Source of the DNA: an uncultured Clostridia bacterium
GTDB taxonomy: Bacteria > Bacillota > Clostridia > TANB77 > CAG-465
Assembly: GCA_947631415.1 (NCBI GenBank)
Contig: CANRLG010000001.1
Location: forward strand, 30,558 to 94,557
Direction of reading: 5' to 3'
DNA: 64,000 nt
The notes under the pieces were generated by a model, which saw nothing but the letters and a program-made list of their open reading frames with translations, was not told the DNA's origin and did no database searches. The position numbers and the translations under genes were made by a program. Of the stretch, positions 18,670-27,832 are shown piece after piece; the first letter of the stretch is position 1; the number at the start of each line of letters is the position of its first letter.

Positions 18670-21600
18670 ATGGTTAAATTTTTTAAAAATGTTAAACGTC
18701 TAAAATTAAAAATCGCTAGCATATTTATGTTAGTGCTACTTTTAAGTTTAGAGTTTAGCCCATTCGCAGTAAAAGCTGCTGCTGAGAAATTACAATTCTA
18801 TTCAGCAGGTTCAGTTCCTGTAGGTTGGGATTCATATAACAATAAAAATGTATTCTATGGATATTCTACATTAGGTGGAAATATCGCATATTGTATGGAC
18901 TATACTTGTGCATTGCCTAGTGGAACAATGACATTTGATAGATATCTATCAGATCAAGCTATGGCAATATTAATAAATGGTTATCCATACAGAAGTGCTG
19001 CAGATATGGGATTACAAGATAATGAAGAAGCTTACTTTGCAACACAAATGGCTTTATGGGAAGTTTTAAACAGAACAGGTGAATCACATAAAGCAGGAAA
19101 AGTATTTAGAGTATCAAATGTTACTCCTAAAGCAGGTATGGAAGGTTTCTATCAAAGAACAACAGCAGCTGCTGCAAGACTTGTATCACTTGCTGAAACT
19201 TCTCCATTCTCAGAAGTTCCTACATTAGTAGTTAATACAGAAAGTGTTAAATTATCTAATATAGGTACAGATGCTTTAGTTGGACCATACTATGTAAGAG
19301 TAGATGGAATTAAAACATCTACAATTGAATCAATAACAGCATCACTAGAAGGTGCACCTGCAAGTGCAAAAATTACTGATGCAAATGGTAATGATAAAGG
19401 TACAATAAATAATGGTGATGCAGTTTACGTTAGATTTAGTGGAAAAGAAAGTTCTACTACATTTAAAGTAAATTTCCATTCAGATGTTAACAAAGTATGT
19501 GGTCGTATATACGTAAGAAATGGTGAAGTACAAGATTACTGTATCGTTGATAGAGTTCCAGTTGAAATGAATCAACCCGTTTCAATTACTTGGACTGAAT
19601 TAGATACTTACGGACAAATCAGATTAACTAAAGTTGACCAAGATGACCAACCAGTTGCTGGTGCAAAATTTAGATTAACTAATGCAGATACTGGTGAAGT
19701 AATGGTTAATGAAGTTGAAACTGGTGATAGTGGTGTCTTAACATTCTATAAATTACCACAAGGTAACTATACATTAACAGAAATTGAAGCTCCTTATGGT
19801 TATGAAGTTGTTGAAGCTACTAAAAATGTACATGTTGAATCTGGTAAAATGACAGATGTAAAAATGACTAATAACAGAATAACAGGTAGAATAGTAGTAA
19901 CTAAAGTTGACGATTCAAGCAAACCTTTAGCCAATGTAACTTTTGAAATATATGATTATCAAGGAACACCAATCCAACAAATAGTAACAAATGAAGAAGG
20001 TAAAGCTTCTGCAAATGTTGGATATGGTACTTACTACTTTAAAGAAATAAAATGTCCAGAAGGATATATTATGGATGATACAGTTTATAGATTTAAAGTA
20101 GATCAAGAAAATAGAACATTCTATCAAACAGTAACTAATGAAAGTTACAAAGGTTCAATTATAATAACTAAAAAAGATAACAAAGACCAACCAATAAAAG
20201 GTGTTAAATTTGATATTTTAGATGAAGAAGGAAATGTTGTTATATCTTTAACAACAAATAAAGATGGTAAATGTGGTGCTGGCGGATTAAAGATGGGAAC
20301 TTATTACTATCAAGAAACTTATGCTCCAGCTGAATATAAAATGGATACAACTAAACATGAATTCAAATTAAGTCAAAATGAAGAAGTAATTGAAAAGACA
20401 GTTGTAAACGATTTATTACCATTATCTTTAAAAATTCAAAAAGTTGATGACAACAACAAAGCTGTTAAAGGTGCTAAATTTAATATACTAGATGAAAACA
20501 AGAGCGTTGTTGACACAATAGTAACAAATGAAAATGGTGAAGCAACTTCTAAAGAGTTAGCACCAGGAAAATACTACTATAAAGAAGTAGAAGTTCCAAG
20601 TCCATATATCTTAGATAGTGGAGAATATGAATTTACACTTGAAGCTGGTGGTAACGTTGTTACTAAAACAGTTGTAAACCATGTTGCAAATGGTAAATTA
20701 AAAATAAATAAATATGATAAAAATCAAAATAGTCTTGCAAACGTTAAGTTCAATATCTTAGATGAAGAAGGAAATGTTGTAGATACAATCATCACAAATG
20801 AAAGTGGTGTTGCTACTTCTAAAGATTTACCAATAGGTAAATACTATTATCAAGAAATAGAAGCTCCAAGCAATGTAGTAATGGATCAAAATAAATATGA
20901 GTTTGTATTATCAGATAATGGTCAAGTTGTTGAAAAGAATGTTATTAATGATGTTCTTGAATATGGTTCATTAAAAATCGTTAAATATGACTCAAATGGA
21001 AATAAACTTGCTGGTGTTAAATTTAATGTATTAAATGAAAATAATGAAGTAGTTGATACTTTAACAACTGATGAAAATGGTGAAGCAACATCTAAACAAT
21101 TACCTCTTGGAACATATTACTACCAAGAAACTCAAGCTCCAGATAGTGTTGTTATGGATACAGAAATACATGAATTCAAATTAACACAAAATGGACAAAT
21201 AGTTACTAAAACAGTAGTTAATAAAGTTAGAGAAGGTAAACTTCATATAATCAAAAAAGATGAAAGTGATAACCCTGTACCAGGTGTTAAATTTGAAATC
21301 CTAGATGAAGATATGAATGTTGTTACTACAATAGTAACAGATGAAAATGGTGATGCTATCTCTGGAGATATTCCAAAAGGAACATATTATTACAGAGAAG
21401 TAGAAGCTCCAAATAACTTAGTTATGGATACACAATTACATAAATTCACTATCGAAACTGATGGTCAAAATGTAATTGAAACAGTAGTAAATAACTTTGT
21501 TAAAGGTAAATTAAGAATATTAAAACTAGAAGATGGTACTAACACACCACTTGCTGGTGCAAAATTTGCAATAGTAGATTCAAATAAAAACATTATAGCT

Positions 21601-21894
21601 GAAATAGTTACAGATGAAAATGGTCTTGCAGAATCAGATTACTTACTATATGGAACTTATACTTTCAAAGAAATAGAAGCTCCAAGCAAGTACATACTAG
21701 ACTCTACAGAACATGAATTTACTATAGATAAAGATGGAGATATTATAGAATCTGTTGTATACAACACTAAAACAAGATTACCACAAACTGGTGGAATATT
21801 AAGTGACAACATGATGATAGTAATAATAGTATCACTTGTAAGTTTAGTTGGATATGGCTTTATGAAATTAATCTCAGCAAAAAGAGAAAACTAA
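18670..21894 (+). CDS. LPXTG-anchored surface adhesin with an N-terminal thioester (TQXA) domain and eight SpaA/Cna-B-type repeats
   Basis: Signal peptide. YCMD (Cys75) plus TQMALW (Gln126) are the thioester-domain motifs. Eight repeats of about 90 aa (G.Y...E..AP.GY). C-terminal LPQTGG + TM + KREN. Confidence 0.85.
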   Translation: MVKFFKNVKRLKLKIASIFMLVLLLSLEFSPFAVKAAAEKLQFYSAGSVPVGWDSYNNKNVFYGYSTLGGNIAYCMDYTCALPSGTMTFDRYLSDQAMAILINGYPYRSAADMGLQDNEEAYFATQMALWEVLNRTGESHKAGKVFRVSNVTPKAGMEGFYQRTTAAAARLVSLAETSPFSEVPTLVVNTESVKLSNIGTDALVGPYYVRVDGIKTSTIESITASLEGAPASAKITDANGNDKGTINNGDAVYVRFSGKESSTTFKVNFHSDVNKVCGRIYVRNGEVQDYCIVDRVPVEMNQPVSITWTELDTYGQIRLTKVDQDDQPVAGAKFRLTNADTGEVMVNEVETGDSGVLTFYKLPQGNYTLTEIEAPYGYEVVEATKNVHVESGKMTDVKMTNNRITGRIVVTKVDDSSKPLANVTFEIYDYQGTPIQQIVTNEEGKASANVGYGTYYFKEIKCPEGYIMDDTVYRFKVDQENRTFYQTVTNESYKGSIIITKKDNKDQPIKGVKFDILDEEGNVVISLTTNKDGKCGAGGLKMGTYYYQETYAPAEYKMDTTKHEFKLSQNEEVIEKTVVNDLLPLSLKIQKVDDNNKAVKGAKFNILDENKSVVDTIVTNENGEATSKELAPGKYYYKEVEVPSPYILDSGEYEFTLEAGGNVVTKTVVNHVANGKLKINKYDKNQNSLANVKFNILDEEGNVVDTIITNESGVATSKDLPIGKYYYQEIEAPSNVVMDQNKYEFVLSDNGQVVEKNVINDVLEYGSLKIVKYDSNGNKLAGVKFNVLNENNEVVDTLTTDENGEATSKQLPLGTYYYQETQAPDSVVMDTEIHEFKLTQNGQIVTKTVVNKVREGKLHIIKKDESDNPVPGVKFEILDEDMNVVTTIVTDENGDAISGDIPKGTYYYREVEAPNNLVMDTQLHKFTIETDGQNVIETVVNNFVKGKLRILKLEDGTNTPLAGAKFAIVDSNKNIIAEIVTDENGLAESDYLLYGTYTFKEIEAPSKYILDSTEHEFTIDKDGDIIESVVYNTKTRLPQTGGILSDNMMIVIIVSLVSLVGYGFMKLISAKREN
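19612..21774 (+). repeat. eight tandem coding repeats of about 270 nt (SpaA/Cna-B-like domains) inside the adhesin gene
   Basis: Repeat units start GQIRLTK, GRIVVTK, GSIIITK, LSLKIQK, GKLKINK, GSLKIVK, GKLHIIK and GKLRILK. The last six are much more alike than the first two. Confidence 0.8.
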
Positions 21895-21910
21895 TAAAAA
21901 GCATACTAAG

Positions 21911-21942
21911 TAGAAGGTAGAGAAGTCTACCTTCTATTTTTG
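21911..21942 (+). terminator. intrinsic terminator
   Basis: TAGAAGGTAGA-gaag-TCTACCTTCTA followed by TTTTTG. Confidence 0.8.
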
Positions 21943-21954
21943 TATATACTATAA

Positions 21955-21983
21955 TTGTTTTCTACGAGTATGTGTGGTATAAT
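21955..21983 (+). promoter_or_regulatory. possible sigma-A-type promoter
   Basis: TTGTTT, 17-nt spacer, TGgTATAAT. Confidence 0.4.
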
Positions 21984-22017
21984 CTCCTTAAATTTATAAT
22001 GAGAGGAGGTAATTAAT

Positions 22018-23419
22018 ATGGACTCCAAAAATAATAATTTATTACACAAAATTATTCATTTGATTTTTACAGAAGAAGGTGCGAAGATTGTTGAGGAAAA
22101 GTTGAATAATAAAAAGCATAATAAGAATAAATTAGGAATCATTGAATTAGCTATTGGAATAGGTGTATTAATATTACTATCTATATTGTTATTCATGCGG
22201 TTTTAAAACTAAAAATTACATTACAGAAACTAAAGAAGATAACAAAGTAGAGAACACTATAGTGAGCAATACAGAAGATGATTTTTCTTATGATAAAGAA
22301 GAAATAACATATAGTAATTCAATAAACTACTTATATGATAAACTAAATGAAAAGCAAATAGTAATAACACCTGCTAAGCTAGGGGATAAGGTTGCATACT
22401 CATTAACATATAATCAAGAAACACTTACTTCGGGTTATATGGCAAATAAGCAAAACTTCATAAAAGAATATATGGATACACTTCTTGTTAATGGATACCC
22501 TTATAGGTCGTGTGAGGAGTTAGGAGTAGCTAATGAAGATGAAGCATATATTGCGACTCAATTAGCAGTATATGAGGCATTAACAATTAAAAATCCATTA
22601 GATATTAAGAATGGAGATTTTTATATTGAGAATGTTGTTACTAGTGATAGTAAATATAATGATGCTCTTGAAAGAATAAAAACTTGTGTAAATAATTTGG
22701 TGGATTTAGCAATAAATCATGAATATGACAATACTTATAGTTCAAGCATTACTGGACAGGAGTTTTTATCATGCAAATATGATAGTCAAACAAATACAAC
22801 TTTAATAGGACCTATTGTAACAGACATAAAGTATGATGAAATAATAAAGAGGCTAAATGTAGATGAAAATACTTCTCAAACCGAGTTTATAATTGAAAAT
22901 TATACTCCAGATATAGCTAATGTTAGTGTAGTAGATAAGAATATGAATGAAGTTAATAGTATAGATACAGGTTCACTTTTCTATTTTAAAGTAGATGGAG
23001 AAGATAAGTATAGTGCAGGTATTCTAATTAATATTTTAGGCAAAATTCTAATATCTAAATTATATGAAAGTGATATGTCTAATACTATGTATGTTGCTCT
23101 TGACACGTATAATGTAATGCAATCAGCATTGTATTCAATAAGTAACAATATTGATACTGGCAAAGTAACAGTACGTTTTAAAGATAATGATGAGTATATA
23201 TACGGTGCATATTATCAGGTTTTAAACGAGCAAAAAGAGGTCATTTTCGATGTTAAAGGATATAATATTAGTAATTTCACATTACCAGTTGGAAAATACT
23301 ATATTAAGGAATATAAAGCACCTAGAAACTATCTTTTAAATTTTAATGAATATGAAGTAGATTTGACTGTACCTGATACTAATACAGAAGTCATAATAAA
23401 ACAAGATAATTTATTTTAG
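22018..23419 (+). pseudogene. membrane-anchored, degenerate thioester-domain paralog split by a 1-nt frameshift (62-aa TM ORF plus 385-aa ORF)
   Basis: Strong GAGGAGG SD before ATG 22018, none before GTG 22262. Frame 2 is open from 22172. Deleting one T of TTTT (22201-22204) joins ...LLFMRF to KTKNYITETKED.... The domain aligns with the adhesin TED but has AYSLTY in place of AYCMDY and TQLAVY in place of TQMALW. Confidence 0.55.
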
Positions 23420-23424
23420 CACAA

Positions 23425-23464
23425 AAAGTTCTAATATTTTTAAATAAATATTGGAACTTTTTAA
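23425..23464 (+). terminator. intrinsic terminator
   Basis: AAAGTTCTAATATTT / AAATATTGGAACTTT 15-bp stem (one G-U pair) followed by a T-run. Confidence 0.7.
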
Positions 23465-24512
23465 TGCTTCAAAAAGGCTAAATTTCAATAAAAACAGTAA
23501 TTTTTGAATTTTTTGATGAAATATATTTTACCATAATTATACAAAAATGAAATAATGTGAAAATTACAACTTAATTTTAAATATTACATTACATAAAAAT
23601 ACTTTTGACATGTTGAAAGCTAAATTTTCTTGTGTTAGAATTCAGTTAACAAAGAAAAAGAAATAACTAATAATTATGAGGTTAATTAAAAAAGAGAAAT
23701 AATTATTTTAGAAAATGAAATAAAGCAAATTACAAAAAATAGTTTAGAAGGAGTATCATAATATAGAATTGACTATTAACACTAATCATATAGTTCCCCC
23801 AACGCTATAAAATAAGTGCATTAAGAAATAGTTCCATATTTATAAGTAAACGATTGAAGTAATATGGGAAAAAGTTTGATGGATGGTATTTAATTTAAGT
23901 TATTATAGTAATATGCTATTTGATATATATAATTTGAAAACAAGTTAAGGGAAAAAATAGGACGGAAACTTTAACTATTTGAATTATATATAAAGATGTT
24001 AAATGATTAATAACATTTCGAAAATTTTGTAGAGAGAGAGGTTGATATTATTTAGGTAATAAATAAATTATGATTATTAAAAATAGAGATAAATATTATA
24101 TTATGAGATAAACGTGAATGTTTATATAGGGAAAGCTCGATAGATTAATTATTATAGTTTATATTAAATTACCAAAAAAGAGAAAAGTGAAATTAAATTA
24201 TTAGTAAAAAGAATTGAATTAAAATTGAAAGTTTTGAAATTACCTAAACGTTAATATGGTAGGATTAATTGTTTACAAAAGGCGTATTATATAGATGGAA
24301 TATATAATCGTATAATTTCTACTATTAAAAAGAAATTAAATTTAAAATCTTAAGTAGTAATGTTATATAAAGGAGGAGAGTGTGTTACTATATATGTCAT
24401 GATGGTGAAATATACAAGAGTTTAAACTAAAATCGTAAAGAAGGTTTTGGTATAAGTTCTTATTATATGTATAAGAGAGCTTAGATAGTAGGTAGTAATA
24501 ATTATCAAGAAC

Positions 24513-24541
24513 TTGAAGAAAGTATATTGAATATATAAAAT
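24513..24541 (+). promoter_or_regulatory. possible promoter of the mini-gene
   Basis: TTGAAG, 17-nt spacer, TAAAAT. Confidence 0.35.
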
Positions 24542-24563
24542 GTAAGAGAAAAGAGGGATATCA

Positions 24564-24743
24564 ATGGAAAATATGAGCACATTGCCATATACAGGTGGAT
24601 TATTTAGTACAGATGGAATAATAGTAATTATAGTAGCTGTTATTTTCATATTAGGATACATTCTATTTTGTATTTTGCGAGAAAATAAGAAAAACGATTT
24701 GAAAGATTTTAGCAATGATGATTTCGTTGATGATGACAAGTAA
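24564..24743 (+). CDS. 59-aa ORF consisting only of a sortase sorting signal (LPYTG + TM + basic patch) and an acidic tail
   Basis: Not in the ORF track (<60 aa). Sequence: MENMSTLPYTGGLFSTDGIIVIIVAVIFILGYILFCILRENKKNDLKDFSNDDFVDDDK. GAGGG lies 6 nt before the ATG. Aligns with the adhesin C-terminus (IVIIV and GY at the same offsets). Confidence 0.45.
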   Translation: MENMSTLPYTGGLFSTDGIIVIIVAVIFILGYILFCILRENKKNDLKDFSNDDFVDDDK

Positions 24744-24776
24744 AAATAATAGAATGTTTTAAAATGTTTTATGTTT

Positions 24777-24809
24777 AAACCTAGGAGATAAATTCTTCTA
24801 GGTTTTTTT
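24777..24809 (+). terminator. intrinsic terminator
   Basis: AAACCTAGGAG ... CTTCTAGGTTT (one G-U pair) followed by a T-run. Confidence 0.7.
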
Positions 24810-24890
24810 CAATCACATCTGTATATATAGTTCTTTACATTTCTAAAAAAATGTGCAATAATATAACTTGTGAAAATGGGAGTGATTTTA

Positions 24891-25511
24891 ATGATTTATA
24901 TTTTAACAGGTGGACCTGCAACAGGAAAAGGAACAAGGTCTGAAATTCTTGCAAAGGCTTTAAATATTCCTCATATTTCAACTGGAGAAATGTTAAGAGA
25001 AGTTGCAAAAACAAACGAAAGTATTAACGAAATGATGCAAAAAGGAGAATTAATTTCTGATGAAATAATTACTTCATTACTAGAAGAAAGAATAGAAAAT
25101 CCAGATTGCAAAAATGGTTTTGTACTAGATGGATATCCTAGAACATATAACCAAGCAATTTTACTAGATGAACTTCTTGCAAAACATGATAGGACAATTA
25201 CTAAAGTAATGGAATTAGTTGTTCCTGATGAACTAGCATTTAAGAGAATTCTTGAAAGAAAACAATGTGAAAAATGTGGAGAAATGTATGGAATAGATTT
25301 TCCACCTGAAGTTGAAGATGTTTGTGATAAATGTGGCGGACACTTAAGTGTTAGAACAGATGATACAAAGGAAACTCTAGCAAAGAGAATTAACACCTAT
25401 AGAGAAAATGCACAAGCAATTTTAGATTACTATAAAGAAAAAGGATTATTAATGACAGTAGATGCATCACATAATCCAGAAACAGTTGTAGAAGATGCTA
25501 AAAATATATAA
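24891..25511 (+). CDS. adk: adenylate kinase (Zn-lid type)
   Basis: P-loop GGPATGKGT, lid CEKCG...CDKCGG. GGGAG SD favours ATG 24891 over the track's GTG 24870. Confidence 0.9.
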   Translation: MIYILTGGPATGKGTRSEILAKALNIPHISTGEMLREVAKTNESINEMMQKGELISDEIITSLLEERIENPDCKNGFVLDGYPRTYNQAILLDELLAKHDRTITKVMELVVPDELAFKRILERKQCEKCGEMYGIDFPPEVEDVCDKCGGHLSVRTDDTKETLAKRINTYRENAQAILDYYKEKGLLMTVDASHNPETVVEDAKNI

Positions 25512-25538
25512 ATATAAAGTTAGAAAGTGTGAAAATAA

Positions 25539-26339
25539 ATGATAACAATTAAAAATAAAAAAGAAATTGAATTGATGAGAGAAGCTGGTAAAGTAGTTGC
25601 TTTGGTGTATGAAGAACTAAAAAACAAAATAAAACCAGGAATGACTACTTATGAACTAGACCAAATAGCAGAAGAAAAGATGAAAAGTCTTGGAGCTATA
25701 CCAGCAGAAAAAGGATACGATATAGGGGTAAAGGGAGTACCTCCATATCCAGCAGCAACTTGTATTTCAGTAAATGATGAAGTTATACATGGTATACCTT
25801 CAAAAAATAAAATAATACATGAAGGAGACATAGTAAGTGTTGATACAGTTGCATTAAAAAATGGATATAATGGAGATGCAGCAAGAACATTTACAGTAGG
25901 AAAAGTTTCTAAAGATGCTCAACGCTTAATAGATGTTACTAAACAAGCATTTTTTGAAGGAATTAAATATGCAAAAGTTGGATATAGAATAGGTGATATT
26001 TCAAATGCTATAGGAACTTATGTTCAATCTCAAGGATATAGTGTAGTTAGAGAATTTCAAGGACATGGAATCGGAGCAGATATGCATGAAGATCCAGGTA
26101 TTCCAAATTATGGAAAAGCAGGTCGTGGAGCAAGAATAGAAGCTGGAATGACACTTGCTATTGAACCTATGGTAATAGCTGGAAAACCAGATATTCTAGA
26201 ATTAGATGATGGTTGGACTATAATTACAGAGGATGGTTCTCTTGCAGCACATTATGAAAATACTGTTCTAATAACTGATGGTGAACCAGAAATATTAACA
26301 ATGACAAAACAAGAAAAGGCAGAAATGAAAGTAAAATAA
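25539..26339 (+). CDS. map: methionine aminopeptidase type I
   Basis: VIHGIP, DTVALKNGYNGDAARTF, FQGHGIG, LAIEPM and HYENTV metal-ligand pattern. Confidence 0.9.
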   Translation: MITIKNKKEIELMREAGKVVALVYEELKNKIKPGMTTYELDQIAEEKMKSLGAIPAEKGYDIGVKGVPPYPAATCISVNDEVIHGIPSKNKIIHEGDIVSVDTVALKNGYNGDAARTFTVGKVSKDAQRLIDVTKQAFFEGIKYAKVGYRIGDISNAIGTYVQSQGYSVVREFQGHGIGADMHEDPGIPNYGKAGRGARIEAGMTLAIEPMVIAGKPDILELDDGWTIITEDGSLAAHYENTVLITDGEPEILTMTKQEKAEMKVK

Positions 26340-26342
26340 ATG

Positions 26343-26373
26343 GAAGGTGTAAATCACCTTCTTTTATTTTATT
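26343..26373 (+). terminator. intrinsic terminator
   Basis: GAAGGTG-taaat-CACCTTC followed by TTTTATTTTATTT. Confidence 0.7.
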
Positions 26374-26457
26374 TAGAATTATGAGAATGTATTTGCATGT
26401 TATAATACAAAATTTGATTAATAAAATTAGTAATATTCAAAAAAAGTAATAAAATAG

Positions 26458-26486
26458 TTGACAATATTTGAAAATTAAGCTATAAT
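26458..26486 (+). promoter_or_regulatory. sigma-A consensus promoter of infA
   Basis: TTGACA, 17-nt spacer, TATAAT. Confidence 0.6.
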
Positions 26487-26544
26487 ATATGTGTTAAATT
26501 TCGCTTATAAGGCGAATATTTTAAATAATAGGGAGGTAGTAAGA

Positions 26545-26763
26545 ATGCCAAAAGATGATGTTATAGAAGTTGAAGGCGTAGTAGTTGATGCTTTACCAAA
26601 TGCAATGTTTAAAGTAAGACTAGAAAATGGACATGAAGTATTAGCTCATATTGCAGGAAAACTTAGAATGCATTATATCAAGATTTTACCTGGCGATGAA
26701 GTAAAAATTGAACTATCAACGTATGACTTGAACAAAGGTAGAATTACTTGGAGAAAGAAATAG
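26545..26763 (+). CDS. infA: translation initiation factor IF-1
   Basis: [51 protein letters not shown].... GGGAGG SD before ATG 26545. Confidence 0.9.
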   Translation: MPKDDVIEVEGVVVDALPNAMFKVRLENGHEVLAHIAGKLRMHYIKILPGDEVKIELSTYDLNKGRITWRKK

Positions 26764-26918
26764 TCCTATTATTTTAATTAATTTGATATAAATAGTCCGA
26801 AGAAGCGGCTGTAAGAAAACCAAGCCTAAAGTTTTCTTATTTCAGAAGATTATTTATTATATATTTAACTTACTTTTGTTAATTAATTAACAAAACACTT
26901 TTTAAGGAGGATTTTAAA

Positions 26919-27032
26919 ATGAAAGTAAGACCATCTGTAAAGAAAATTTGTGAAAAGTGTAAGGTTATCAGAAGAAACGGAGTAGTTCGTGTAATCTGTG
27001 AAAATCCAAAACACAAACAAAGACAAGGTTAA
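26919..27032 (+). CDS. rpmJ: 50S ribosomal protein L36
   Basis: Not in the ORF track (37 aa): [46 protein letters not shown]. Confidence 0.9.
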   Translation: MKVRPSVKKICEKCKVIRRNGVVRVICENPKHKQRQG

Positions 27033-27050
27033 TTTGGGGGGTATTAGTAA

Positions 27051-27422
27051 ATGGCACGTATAGCTGGAATTGATTTACCAAAAAACAAAGTTGCAGAAAT
27101 TGGATTAACTTCTATATATGGAATTGGTCGTCCATCTGCAAGAAAAATATTAGCTGAAGCTGGTATTGACACAAACAAAAGAGTAAAAGATTTTACAGAA
27201 GATGAAGAAGCTAAGATCAGAGAAATAATCGAAAGAGATTATACTGTAGAAGGAGATCTTAGAAAAGAAGTTTCATTAAACATTAAAAGATTAATGGAAA
27301 TTAATTGCTACAGAGGACAAAGACATAAAAGAAGATTACCTGTTCGTGGACAAAGAACAAAAACTAACGCTAGAACTAGAAAAGGTAAAGCAGTAGCAAT
27401 CGCAGGTAAGAAAGGAGTATAA
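27051..27422 (+). CDS. rpsM: 30S ribosomal protein S13
   Basis: [13 protein letters not shown] ... [11 protein letters not shown] ... RTNARTRKG. Confidence 0.95.
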   Translation: MARIAGIDLPKNKVAEIGLTSIYGIGRPSARKILAEAGIDTNKRVKDFTEDEEAKIREIIERDYTVEGDLRKEVSLNIKRLMEINCYRGQRHKRRLPVRGQRTKTNARTRKGKAVAIAGKKGV

Positions 27423-27427
27423 TAGAA

Positions 27428-27814
27428 ATGGCTAAAAAAGTTGTATCAAAGAAAAAAGTAAAGAAAAACGTATCAACTGGTGCTGCACATATTCAATCAT
27501 CTTTTAACAATACTATTGTTACAATGACTGATACACAAGGTAATGTATTATCTTGGGCAAGTGCTGGTGGACTTGGTTTTAAAGGTTCAAGAAAAAATAC
27601 TCCTTTTGCAGCAGGTCAAGCAGCTGAAACAGCAGCAACTGCAGCAATGGAACATGGATTAAAAACTGTAGAAGTTTTTGTAAAAGGACCTGGTTCAGGA
27701 AGAGAAGCAGCAATAAGATCACTTCAAGCTGCTGGATTGGAAATTAGCATGATTAAAGATGTTACTCCAATACCACATAATGGTTGTAGACCACCAAAGA
27801 GAAGAAGAGTATAG
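27428..27814 (+). CDS. rpsK: 30S ribosomal protein S11
   Basis: [18 protein letters not shown] ... [10 protein letters not shown]. Confidence 0.95.
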   Translation: MAKKVVSKKKVKKNVSTGAAHIQSSFNNTIVTMTDTQGNVLSWASAGGLGFKGSRKNTPFAAGQAAETAATAAMEHGLKTVEVFVKGPGSGREAAIRSLQAAGLEISMIKDVTPIPHNGCRPPKRRRV

Positions 27815-27832
27815 TGGGGGTGTAAAGATAAA

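Noticed and set aside
23465-24512. The ORF-free spacer as recognisably decayed Cna-B repeats linking the degenerate paralog to the orphan sorting signal
   Set aside because: Reading all frames by eye, I found no residual G.YY..E..AP-type or NENGEA-type strings. The 385-aa ORF also has its own strong terminator. The idea stays a low-confidence hypothesis only.
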